Part shown: one piece after another, positions 11,735-23,211 of the stretch
Numbering within the stretch: position 1 is the stretch's first letter
Layout: each line of letters begins with the position of its first letter
NCBI RefSeq assembly: GCF_001194135.2
Contig: NC_069004.1
Span: forward strand, 28,238,172-28,302,171
Direction: 5' to 3'
From: Octopus bimaculoides
Taxonomy: Eukaryota
Length of the DNA: 64,000 nucleotides
The notes under the pieces: generated by a model
What the model was told of the DNA's origin: nothing
What the model saw: the letters and a program-made list of their open reading frames with translations, nothing else
Databases searched by the model: none
Translations under genes and position numbers: made by a program

Positions 11735-12560
11735 NNNNNNNNNNNNNNNNNNNNNNNNNNNNNNNNNNNNNNNNNNNNNNNNNNNNNNNNNNNNNNNNNN
11801 NNNNNNNNNNNNNNNNNNNNNNNNNNNNNNNNNNNNNNNNNNNNNNNNNNNNNNNNNNNNNNNNNNNNNNNNNNNNNNNNNNNNNNNNNNNNNNNNNNNN
11901 NNNNNNNNNNNNNNNNNNNNNNNNNNNNNNNNNNNNNNNNNNNNNNNNNNNNNNNNNNNNNNNNNNNNNNNNNNNNNNNNNNNNNNNNNNNNNNNNNNNN
12001 NNNNNNNNNNNNNNNNNNNNNNNNNNNNNNNNNNNNNNNNNNNNNNNNNNNNNNNNNNNNNNNNNNNNNNNNNNNNNNNNNNNNNNNNNNNNNNNNNNNN
12101 NNNNNNNNNNNNNNNNNNNNNNNNNNNNNNNNNNNNNNNNNNNNNNNNNNNNNNNNNNNNNNNNNNNNNNNNNNNNNNNNNNNNNNNNNNNNNNNNNNNN
12201 NNNNNNNNNNNNNNNNNNNNNNNNNNNNNNNNNNNNNNNNNNNNNNNNNNNNNNNNNNNNNNNNNNNNNNNNNNNNNNNNNNNNNNNNNNNNNNNNNNNN
12301 NNNNNNNNNNNNNNNNNNNNNNNNNNNNNNNNNNNNNNNNNNNNNNNNNNNNNNNNNNNNNNNNNNNNNNNNNNNNNNNNNNNNNNNNNATAAATATGTG
12401 TATCTGAGTGTATGAATATATATGTGTGTTTGTATGTAAATATGTGTGTGTGTATATATAAATATGTGTATCTGTATGTATATATATATATGTGTGTGTT
12501 TGTATGTAAATGTGTGTGTGTGTGTATATATAAATATGTGTATCTGAGTGTATGAAGATA
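11475..12560. repeat. (TG)/(TA) microsatellite complex around gap 11735-12389
   Basis: Read directly. Confidence 0.9.
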
Positions 12561-12576
12561 TGGTGCTTCTTTTTTA

Positions 12577-12760
12577 TGTGCCGGTGGCATGTAAAAAGCA
12601 CCCACTATACACTCGGAGTGGTTGGTGTTAGGAAAGGCATCCAGCTGTAGAAACTCTGCCAGATCAGATTGGAGTCTGGTGTAGCCATCTGGTTCGCCAG
12701 TCCCCAGTTGAATCGTCCAACCCATGCTAGCATGGAAAGCGGATGTTAAATGATGATGAT
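12577..12760 (+). mobile_element. Family C, 5'-truncated
   Basis: Near-identical to the 3' part of 2298-2612. Confidence 0.85.
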
Positions 12761-12834
12761 ACATATCTGTATGTTTGTGTGTGTGTCTGTGTAAATGGAA
12801 TCTGCACACACACACACACACACATACAATCGGG

Positions 12835-12972
12835 ATGGCAAAGTAATTGAATCATCAGAGCATTCGAAAACTGCCCTCTGGTATTTAATTATAGTTCTTT
12901 GCATTCCAAGTTCAAGTTCAGCTGAGGTCAACTTTGCTTTTCATTCCTCCAAGATCAATGAAATAAAAGTGT
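12835..12972 (+). mobile_element. Family B, diverged partial copy
   Basis: GAGGTCAACTTTGCTTTTCATTCC core. Confidence 0.6.
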
Positions 12973-12979
12973 TAGCCTA

Positions 12980-13380
12980 GGCATAGGATTGGCTGCGTGG
13001 TAAGAAGCTTGCTTCCCAACCACATTGTTCCAGGTTCAGTCCCACTGTATAGCACTTTAGGCAAGTGTGTGTCCGATCATATCCTCGGGCCAATCAAAGC
13101 CTTATGAGTGGATTTGTTAGATAGAAACTGAAAGAAGTTGATTGTATATGTGTGTGTGTGTGTGTGTGTCTTGACCGCCACCACAAATTGTCAACCAGTG
13201 CTAGCATGTTTACATCCGTGTAACTTAGTAGTTCAGCAAAAGAGAATGATAGAATAAGTACCAGACTTTAAAAAAAATAATCAAGTACTGGGATCGATTC
13301 ATTTGATTAAAAATTCTTCAAGGTAGTACCCCAGGATGGCTGCAATCTAATGACTGAAACAAGTAAAAAAAAATAAAAGA
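12980..13380 (+). mobile_element. Family A, full length
   Basis: tRNA-like head, (TG)n linker and ACTGAAACAAGTAAAA tail. Confidence 0.85.
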
Positions 13381-13429
13381 TAGTACTCCCAGTCTCTGTG
13401 GTTATGAACTAACCTCTATCTTCATCCCA

Positions 13430-13567
13430 ATCCACTACCCTGACATTTTCTTAAGGGGTGGATGGTAGTTGATTATGGAGCAGTCCTATACTAGACTGGT
13501 ACTTTATTTTATTGACCTCAAAGAAATGAAAAGCAAAGTTAGCCTTGCCACGATTTTAATTCAGAAC

Positions 13568-13608
<41 letters not shown>

Positions 13609-13965
13609 TCTTTCTACTAAAAGTACAAAGCCTGAAATTTGGTGGGGAGGGGACTAGTTGAATACATTGACCCCAGTGTTTCACTGGTACTTAATTTATC
13701 GACCCCAAAAGGATGAAAGGCAAATTCAACCTCGGAGGAATTTGAGCTCAGAACATAGGAATGGACAAAAAACCGCTAAGCGTTTCAACCAGCTTGCCAC
13801 CTTTAGAACAAAATAATGGTTTCTAATTTACACTCAAGGCCAGCAATTTTAAAGAAAAGGATTCGGTTAATTTCATTGACCCCAGTATTTGGCTAGTACT
13901 TTATTTTATCAACTCTGAAAGGATGAAAGGCATAGTTGACTTTGGCATGATTTGAACTCAAAATA
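13430..13965 (-). mobile_element. Three tandem family B copies
   Basis: Core GGATGAAAGGCAAAGT recurs near 13525, 13711 and 13921, with an (AAT)n tract between the first two. Confidence 0.8.
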
Positions 13966-15132
13966 TACCATAATAACCCATGTAATTAGTGCACCTGTGT
14001 AATTTACGCAGGTGATTTTCAGGATAAAATTTGTTAAAAAAAAGCTTCTACTCATGTAAAATTCGCACCCAAAAGTTTTCAAAATTGCTAATATAGCCAG
14101 AGGAAAATTATGATTAGATTTTATTAAATTTTCATTAAATAAAAATAATTTCTATTTAACAAGTATCACATTGAAAGCTAGTAAATTTAAAAAGTGTTTG
14201 TGTTGTTTATAATAAACTTTATTTTACATTTCTTGCCCACGAGAGATTATGTCCGATCTTTAGCATACTGCTGTATGTCTTCTCGATTCATGATCACAAG
14301 AAAAGTTGTTAAGAATTACCAACAAAAACAAAGTTGATAAATACACACAGGTGCTGCAAATTAAGTTTAATTACCAATAAACATCAGCTTGGATGACACT
14401 TTACTCAACCGACAGAAGGTGACCGATCAAACTGAATTATATAAACAGAATTGTTTTCTGCCTAGTCTTGTCGGAACCTTTGATACGGAGTATTGAAATT
14501 TTGATTCCTTTCACACTTATAAAATGTCAAGCAAACTTTAAAATTTGCCATTACTGTTGTTGTCAGTATGAGCAGAACTTATGAATCATTTACTGCGAAG
14601 GAGAAATTAAATATGTTGAATATACATTTGAACGTGGCTATAGAGCCAATGTTCAAAATTGGCGTAAACAGTATGACAAACTTAAAACTGTGCCTAGTAA
14701 TAAACAGACAAAAATAAAAACATACAAACAAGATTATCCATATCATTACATTTTTTTCAGTCAGGAATATCCATATCACTATGTATGTCAGTGGTGTTCC
14801 ATTGGGATAGGTAGAAACTCCAAGCAATGTAAAACATGGCCCGGACTGTGTTTACTAGCATGAACATCAGACTTCAAAAAGTAGTTAGTCATTTAATGGT
14901 TTTAGTAAATTTATACAGAAAATGTAAGCATTATACCATCCTGCATAAATAAAAGTCAACTTCATTATATTTAAGCCATTATTTTTTCTGTAAAAACCTA
15001 TTCTGACAGTAAATGAGTCAACTTCCGGTACAAATGTTTACATTTTGGACGCCTTTTTTTCAACAAAAAGAATTTCCAAAAAAATTCTGGAAACAATCTA
15101 CTCATGTAATTTACAATTTACACGCCTGCCAA
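13966..15132 (+). mobile_element. pogo/Tigger-like DNA transposon relic with degenerate BrkDBD-type N-terminus
   Basis: 5' end TACCATAATAACCCATGTAATTAGTGCACCTGTGTAATTTACGCA is pogo-like. From ATG 14568: MSRTYESFTAKEKL, frameshift, YVEYTFERGYRANVQNWRKQYDKLKTVP, resembling the pogo RRSYTxxFKLxV...VxxWRKQ domain. Confidence 0.6.
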
Positions 15133-15738
15133 NNNNNNNNNNNNNNNNNNNNNNNNNNNNNNNNNNNNNNNNNNNNNNNNNNNNNNNNNNNNNNNNNNNN
15201 NNNNNNNNNNNNNNNNNNNNNNNNNNNNNNNNNNNNNNNNNNNNNNNNNNNNNNNNNNNNNNNNNNNNNNNNNNNNNNNNNNNNNNNNNNNNNNNNNNNN
15301 NNNNNNNNNNNNNNNNNNNNNNNNNNNNNNNNNNNNNNNNNNNNNNNNNNNNNNNNNNNNNNNNNNNNNNNNNNNNNNNNNNNNNNNNNNNNNNNNNNNN
15401 NNNNNNNNNNNNNNNNNNNNNNNNNNNNNNNNNNNNNNNNNNNNNNNNNNNNNNNNNNNNNNNNNNNNNNNNNNNNNNNNNNNNNNNNNNNNNNNNNNNN
15501 NNNNNNNNNNNNNNNNNNNNNNNNNNNNNNNNNNNNNNNNNNNNNNNNNNNNNNNNNNNNNNNNNNNNNNNNNNNNNNNNNNNNNNNNNNNNNNNNNNNN
15601 NNNNNNNNNNNNNNNNNNNNNNNNNNNAGTCAGGCGATACTGGCATATATGTATATATATTAGGGAAAATAACCAAGTTTCAAGAACTCATCGATTAATT
15701 GAGTTTTTACCTGTAATTTTGGATTTTGTCCCTAATAT

Positions 15739-15786
<48 letters not shown>

Positions 15787-15789
15787 ATA

Positions 15790-15965
15790 TGTATGTGTGT
15801 ATATGTTTGTGTGTCTGTATTTGTCTCCCAAACATCGCTTGATAACCGATGCTGGTGTTTTTACGTCCCCGTAACTTAGCGATTCAGCAAAAGAGAACGA
15901 TAGAATAAGTACTAGGCTTACAAAGAATAAGTCCTGGGGGTCGATTTGCTCGACTAAAGGCGGTG
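15790..15965 (+). mobile_element. Family A, 3' half
   Basis: CAACATCGCTTGATAACCGATGCTGG...GATTTGCTCGACTAAAGGCGGTG. Confidence 0.85.
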
Positions 15966-16118
15966 TTACCACATGTCAGATATCGAAGTGATTTCAGAGC
16001 AACATGAGATGAATTGTTTTGCCCAAGAACACAATGCACCACCTGCTCTAGGAATTGAAACCACAATCTCGCAACCATGAATGCAACTCTCTAACTACTA
16101 GGCCATGCATCTTCACAA
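15966..16118 (-). mobile_element. Family D head
   Basis: Reverse complement of the D tRNA-like head and centre. Confidence 0.7.
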
Positions 16119-16179
16119 CAACAATAGTAATAATGCTTATAATGACAAACAACAATAATAATAATAATAATAATAATAA

Positions 16180-16641
16180 TCCTTTCTATTATAGACACAA
16201 AGCCTAAAATTTGTGGGAAGGAGCTAAGTTGACCACATTGACCCTGTACTTCACTGGTACTTAATTTATCGACCCTGAAAGGATGAAAGGCAAAGTCAAC
16301 CTCAGCAAAATTTGAACTCAGAACGTAAAGATGGATGAAATACTGCTAAGCCTTTTGCCTAGCATGCTAACGATTCTGCCAGCTCACCGCCTTGATATAA
16401 TAATTATAATGACAATTTCAAATTTTGATATAAGGCCAGTAAGTTCAGATGAGTGGGGGGGGGGTCGATTACATTGACCCCCCCTCCCCCCATGCTCAAC
16501 TGGTACAAACTTTATCGACCCCAAAAAGGATGAAAGGCAAAGTCAACCTTGGCGACATTTGAACTCAGAACATTAAGTCAGAAAAAATACTGTTAAGCAT
16601 TTCGTCTCTCATCATAATAATCCTTCCAGCTCACTGCCTTA
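16180..16641 (-). mobile_element. Two tandem family B copies
   Basis: Copies at ~16180-16393 and ~16415-16641, flanked by (AAT)/(AAC) tracts. Confidence 0.85.
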
Positions 16642-16746
16642 AAAATAATAACAACAACAACAACAATGATGATGATGATGATAATAACAACAACCTCTGT
16701 GACTAAAGCAATATTAACAACACTCTTTCATTTCTTTTCTTTACAG

Positions 16747-16859
16747 AGATATTCATCTAAATCCAGTTTCAAAGGATGTTAAAAGTCTACGTGAACGACT
16801 TGAGATGGCCACCCTTGAACTAAAGGGATTGGCAGAGAAGAAAAATGTTTCCTCCATCT
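16747..16859 (+). CDS. Candidate internal coding exon of an unidentified host gene (113 nt, phase 2 to phase 1)
   Basis: Acceptor tttcatttcttttctttacag| and donor |gtaagt; only one frame is open: DIHLNPVSKDVKSLRERLEMATLELKGLAEKKNVSSI. Non-repetitive; protein not recognised. Confidence 0.5.
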
Positions 16860-17740
16860 GTAAGTTTATCTTGCTTTTTTTCTATCTTTTCTTTTTCACT
16901 TTCTTTTCTTCATTAATATGGAAGCCAGTGTGGCTAGATAGGGTGGAAGGGTACTGTGCAAACCATGTGATTCTGGTTTCAATCCCTACTCCGTGATACT
17001 TTGAGGAAGTGTTGTCCACAGTAACCTCTTAAGGCTCTCACATATTTTGTGAATGCAGTGTTTGCGATAGAGTGGACTCTACTGCTTAAGGGACTTCCCC
17101 TATTCCAAGGCCAGTGGTCAAGTTAGACCTGGCAACAGATTAATTCTACCATTCACAACAGGAAAGGGTCACTTACTCTGATTGGCTTCTACAACAGTTT
17201 CTACCTGCTGAATTTCACTCATAAAATTTTGACCAATCCAAGGTGCCATACAGTGGGATTGAACTTGTTGTAGCCGTTTGGTTGTGAACTGCACCTTTTG
17301 ACCATAGCTGCACCCACCCAATAATCAATCTTCTCAGTTATCTCTTTTTACCAGACTCTGATATAAATAAGACATTTTCATTTTGTTTAATGTGAAGTAG
17401 ACACACACACACACACACAATCTTCAATTTTAGTCTTTTGCATTTATCTGTGTGTGTTGTAATGCTTTGATTTTTTGTTTTTGTTTTTGTTTTCTTCTTT
17501 GAACAATTCTGTTTACATTCCTACCATGGTCTTCTCACCAAATTCCTCCTTCTGTTTCCATCATTCTCCCGGTGAGAAAGGCAGTCGTTAGATTTGCACC
17601 TACTTTACCTTTCGTAAATATTAAAAAGAAATTTCAACAGTTCACAAGAAGAATACTTCAGATGACTGGTGCTATTTTAGTCATGTGTTTATAAGAAGCT
17701 GATCAGTCTTAATCTTTACATTAATTTTTTATGCACACAC

Positions 17741-17745
17741 ATACA

Positions 17746-17823
<78 letters not shown>
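17741..17823. repeat. (CA)n microsatellite
   Basis: Read directly. Confidence 0.95.
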
Positions 17824-17827
<4 letters not shown>

Positions 17828-17997
17828 TGTATCTTATGTCTATTGATTAATTCTCCTCTGTATCCAGCAATATCTGCTTCTGCTAAGCTAATACTATAGC
17901 AATGTGTGTTTACTGTGAACTCTTAGACTGCATTATATTGTCTTGCAGTGACCTTCCCATTACAAGCATTAGCAGTATTTCTGTTGCAATAATCGTA

Positions 17998-18275
17998 TGG
18001 CTAGATGGCAGAATCGTTAGCACGCCGGGCAAAATGCTTAATGGCATTTCCGCGTGTCTTTATGTTCTGAGTTCAAATCCCGCTGAGGTGGACTCTGCCT
18101 TTCATCCTTTCAGGAGTTTGTTTTTACATTCTGAAGTCTACTGAGGTCAACTTTGCCTTTCATTCTTTTGGGGTCAATAAAATAAGTATCAATTAAATAC
18201 TGGGGTCAATGCAATCGATTTACCCCATCCCTTGGAATTGCTGCCTTATGCCAAAATTTGAAAACAATATTTCTA
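17998..18275 (+). mobile_element. Family B with internal duplication of the core
   Basis: GAGGTGGACTCTGCCTTTCATCC and GAGGTCAACTTTGCCTTTCATTC about 55 bp apart. Confidence 0.75.
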
Positions 18276-18330
18276 GTTTACAACTTATACCAATTCATGG
18301 TTAAATTATGGTAAATGGACTGCACCTACA

Positions 18331-18660
18331 TCATTTACATTATTTACATTTGATGGATATTTGTCCTCATCTTGTTTGTTGTTAACACAATATTTAGGCT
18401 GATATACCCTCCAGCCTTCATCAGGTGTCTTGGGGAAATTTCAAACCTGGGTTCTCGTTCCTAAGGTATTTTTCGATGTTATTATTATTATTATTCAGGT
18501 CACTGCCTGGAATCAAACTCAGAATCCTGGGGTTAGTAACCTGCACTCTTAACCACTAAGCCATATGCCTGTGGGCATGACAACAAACAAGATGAGGACA
18601 AATATCCATCAAATGTAAATAGTGTACATAATTCCTCATCTCTTAAATATAGAACTGTAT
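18331..18660 (-). mobile_element. Family H (tRNA head + Penelope-type hammerhead tail), copy 1, with inverted tail copy
   Basis: A-box TGGCTTAGTGG (18563-18553) and B-box GAGTTTGATTCC (18520-18509); homologous to 43503-43812; perfect 41-bp inverted repeat 18342-18382 / 18580-18620. Confidence 0.8.
18384..18429 (-). ncRNA. Minimal type I hammerhead ribozyme motif, core-mutated
   Basis: GACAC-CUGAUGA-A-GGCUG(GAGGGUAUAU)CAGCC-UAAA-UAUU-GUGUU. Stems I and II pair; the expected GAAACGUU is mutated. Confidence 0.5.
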
Positions 18661-19177
18661 GGACTGTACCTGTTCTTTAGCAAGTAATTCTAATCTGGCA
18701 CTAGGTTTAACTTCACAATTACCTGGCCACTTGTGTGTTTCTTGTAATGTCCATCCTGTTGTCAAGATTTGGGCCAAATTCTCTGGACTGAAAGTAACTT
18801 GACTTCTTCATTTAATGCTGCTGTAATCTGTGTGTTGTGGTCTTGTTCATGTTTTCTGTACTAGTCTTGAAAGTTTAGTTTTGACATGGTTTCTATGGCA
18901 GGATGCCCTTCCTAATGCCAACCACTTAACAGTGTGTACTGGATTTTTTTTTCTTTTTCTTGGGCCACCAAGACTAGTAAAGGTAGCTTATTAATTTGCA
19001 AGTCAAGAAAAGTAAAAAGAAAGTAAAAGTGCCCTTTGCTAAGTTGTGAGGGTAGTGTCTAGGAGAGGAGGGTGGTTTTATGCCTGGTGTTGAAAGGCTA
19101 AATTATGAAAGAGGGACAGCTGCAGGTGTCATGCTATGGAGACACAAAAAGATAATAAAGCTTTATGTATATTATAG

Positions 19178-19590
19178 GGCAGTGAACTGGCAGAATCATT
19201 AGCACGCAGCGATCTGGCAGAAACGTTAGTAAGCCGGGCGATATGCTTAGCGGTATTTCGTCTGCCGTTACATTCTGAGCTCAAATTCCGCTGAGGTCGA
19301 CTTTGCCTTTCATCCTTTCAGGGTCGAAAAATTAAGTACCAGTTACACAATGGGGTCGATGTAATCGACTTAATCCCTTTGTCCTTGTTTGTCCCCTCTA
19401 TGTTTAGCCCCTTGTGGGCAATAAAGAAATAAGAGACATTAGCACACGGATGAAATGCTTAGTGGTATTTCAACTGTCTTTGTTTTAGGTTCAAATTCCG
19501 CTAAGGCCAGCTTTGCCTTTCATCTTTCCATGGTCAATAAAATAATTACTAGTTGAACACAGGAGGTCAATGCAATCTACTTAACTACAC
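19178..19590 (+). mobile_element. Family B, full copy plus adjacent partial copies
   Basis: Duplicated CTGGCAGAA head, core, GGGCAATAAAGAAATAAG tail, then a second diverged copy. Confidence 0.85.
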
Positions 19591-22500
19591 CTGGGTAAGA
19601 ATATTAAAAAACACTGCCCTTCTCTACCAAGCCATGTTGAGTCTGTGCGGGACATAGGCTCATCAAACTAGTATGATCTCCAGCTCAAATTTGCAACCTC
19701 CACATCAGACTGTGGTTCCTGGAGAGAGCATGCCGAAGCCCTTGTCTTGCAGTGGATTGAACATACACAATCCAATCCAATCCAATATTATTGTAGTTTT
19801 TCTTTGAGGTTGGTGGAGAGGGTCTTTACAGCGAAATGCCATGTATTATGAATACCCCTAGTTTTAATCTTGAATTTGGTGGGTAAAAAAGGGGTGAGTA
19901 TTATACATAAATTTTAATGTTCATTTTTGATCTGTATTAAATGGCTAAGTCACCTTTATGATGCGAAGGGATGCAACACATGACACCAACATGTACAAAC
20001 AAACATGGTTTTTTTTGTTTTTCAAAATCAATATATATATAGTAAACATAAGGTCTTTTCTCTCTTTCTCTCTCTCTCTCTCTGGAATATTACTCCCCCT
20101 GCATTAATGTGCAATATGCATGCCAATTTGTCAAGTTTTGCTAATGTGTCACAGGTCACTGGTGCAGAACATCTCTCATAAATTCATTGTTTGTTTGAAC
20201 TTTTTTCTGTCCCTGCGTTCCTCCGGCATTATTGCAGTTGGTAGGTTTGACAACGATATATATCAACCAAACGAGAAATATTCCCGGAAACACAGAAACT
20301 TAAATCTATCATGAATACGACATATGGAGCAACGGAACCGTAATGGCCTGCAGCTGAGTCTAAAGATCATTATCTTCCTTGGAATTAATTCTTCTTTTTT
20401 CCTTTTCTTTATTTGTTTATGTATTATTGGCATGTGGCAGGGATGGGGGTGGGGGTGGGAGACGGTTCTACATGTATTCTAAGATCTTTTTATTTATCAG
20501 TGGATATTGGAGTTGGCGGGGGGAGTGTAGGAGACGGTAGAGGATCACATGTATTTGGATAGCTTTTGTTTTTTGGGGTCCCCCCTCCCCGCCATCGTTT
20601 TCTCCCCCTTTTACAGAAAGCAATAACTCAAGGTCTTTGTGTTTTCTGATTCAGCAATAAAGCAGGGAAAACTTGTTTGTCACTTGCTTTCTGTTTGTGT
20701 GTTCACACACACACACATACACACATACATTATACATATGCATGTATGTGTGTGTGTGTGTGTATGTGTATATATATATATATATATATACATACATACT
20801 TGTACACACACATACATGTGCACACACCTGCACACACACCTGCACACCCCCTACACATACATACATACCTGCACACACATACAAGTAGGTTGTAGTTAAC
20901 TTGATAGACTGACTGCTTTAGACTGTTAACCAGAAGGTCAACAATTTATTGTATGTCTGAGACACTTGTCTGCCAAGTAGTAGTCTTTTTAGGTATATAG
21001 TATATGTGTGTGTGTGTGTGTGTGTGTACATGCATGTGTGCATATGTGTGTGTCTGTGTGTTTATTTCTTTCTGTGTTGTGATTAAGAATGCTTTCTCTT
21101 TTTACTTTTTCACTTTATTAAAGTATAGTCTGCAACTCTTAAAGACTGACTGCCATACCCACATGTGCATATAATTTTTTAATTATCCAAAAGAAAATAA
21201 ACACAAATATTATTTATTCATCTCAGTTTGGTTTCATTTCGTTATATTTCATTTTCTTCGATCTTTATTTCCCATGAACCACATTTTATTCGAATTTCTT
21301 AATTTATCTCTTTATTTAATTTCATTTTTAATTCCCGTATCTCAGCAAACGTTTCTCTAGCAGCAAGTCTAGTCAAAACAGAAACCGACAAACTTTTTCT
21401 TAATTGTTTATTTCATATCCAAGTTAATTTATTTCCATCCGAAATTCTCTCTCTTTTTCCATTCACCATAAGAAATCAGTCACCGGTCAACACCAAGAGG
21501 CTGTCAAGAAATGTTTCATTTCTTAACCTCTAAATTTGCTGAAATAATCATTTGTTCTTGTTCGTTGATGGCTTTTCAATCTTCAGATTGGGTCCTGTTA
21601 TTGTCAGCTTCAAAGAAATTGGGACTTTCTGGGAAATGAAACAAATTGATTTTTCTCACCAACAGCCTTCCTAAATGCATATTGCTTCTATTTTTTCTTC
21701 TTTTTTTTTATTTCAATTCTTTCTTTCTTTTCACTTGAGTGGAGACAATATGCGAATGTACAGGCAGATACAATAGAGATATCCTTTTGCCATTGTAATG
21801 AATGGCACAGTGTGTTGGTATGCATTAACAGAAAGAAGAATGTATTTGCCACTGACCAGTGACAGGCATTTCTAGTGAAGGATTTGACTGTTCACTTTTG
21901 ATTGAATAGTTTTGATATAGATTGCGTAGTAATTCTTCATCTCTTTTCCTCTTTCATTCTCTTATTCCATCCCTTGACATATCTTGGGCACCATCTTCTG
22001 TCTTGTTTTCTTGCTAGGAATAAAAGTCTTATACTACTTACCCGGGTCCTCCACTGCTCCATCATCCCTAGCCATATCTCAGAATGGATTCATAGCTTCT
22101 GTTTGATATTTACGTATAAAGTCTATTTTGCTTTACTGGAAACGAAATTAAGATATAAATGGGCTTTTGTTGTTGTTGTTTTTCTTTATAATGTAAAATG
22201 AAAGATAATACAGGCAGCAAAAGATAGTGCAAGTTGCTCGGTAACTAGTAGGATAGATAAATAAGATGAGAGATATATTCTTGGATGAGCAAAAGATGAT
22301 ACAAAGTTAAAAGATGTGGGGGGGGGGTGAAGGAAATAAATGAGTTGAAGTAATCCAAGAAGTAATCCAAATGTGGTTTCTATCTGTTAGAAGCGAAAGA
22401 TAAGGTTCAGCGCTATACCATTCCCAACTCTGTCCCATTAAGATTACTGGTGTTTATTCTCGAAATTCCAGCTGAAAATCAGCAGTATTGGTTACCATAT

Positions 22501-22788
22501 ATATATATATATATATTTAGCAACAGCATTATCATCATAATCAATTAATGTCCACTTTTCTGTGCTTGCATGGGTTACATGGAATTTGTTGAGGCAGATT
22601 TTCTATGGCTGGATACCCTTCCTGTTGTCAACACTCACCTGTTTCTTTCCAGACAAGGTAATATTTTTCCTGGAAGACTAAAAGCAAACAGCCTCCCTTC
22701 TATGCTGATGATGATGCACATTTACAACCATCAGGTGATATCTAGACAAGGGTATCTATCTACCTATACACACACACACATTATCATA

Positions 22789-23211
22789 CAGGGTGCAATG
22801 GGTAAATTGTCGCCCTTTTATATTTTTAATTTCACGCATGCACATTGTTTTTGATTTTGTCGACTACGCAGTATAGTTGGGCACTCTCTGTGGGAAAAAC
22901 AGCACCATGATGCAATTTACTCTGCCAGAAATTTGGAAATGACATGCTGTACTGCTTGGTATTTGCGCAGGAAGCTCCAATATGAACAGATGGTGAATAC
23001 ACAGAACAACCGTTGGTTTGCCGTGTCCCCAAAACATGTACCGAGAGTGATAAAAATCAAACATCCAGTCAACATCATGGTGTTTGGAGTGATCTCTAGT
23101 GATGGCAACATTATACGTCCATTCATCTTCCTACATGGCCTCATACTCAACACAGAGGCCTACATCAAGTGCCTGGAGGAGGTAGTGCTGCCCATGGTCA
23201 AGAGGGTGGCT
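22789..23211 (+). mobile_element. Internally deleted, 3'-truncated Tc1/mariner transposon (maT/DD37D-like)
   Basis: TA|CAGGGTG terminus; N-terminal remnant MMQFTLPEIWK*HAVLLGICAGSS; catalytic segment NTQNNRW...KHPVNIMVFGVISSDG...NTEAYIKCLEEVVLP. Confidence 0.85.

Noticed and set aside
21740-21817. 78-nt open segment WRQYANVQADTIEISFCHCNEWHSVL with GTATGC donor
   Set aside because: The acceptor would be a rare GAG and the phase does not match the 16747 exon, so it is not distinguishable from chance.
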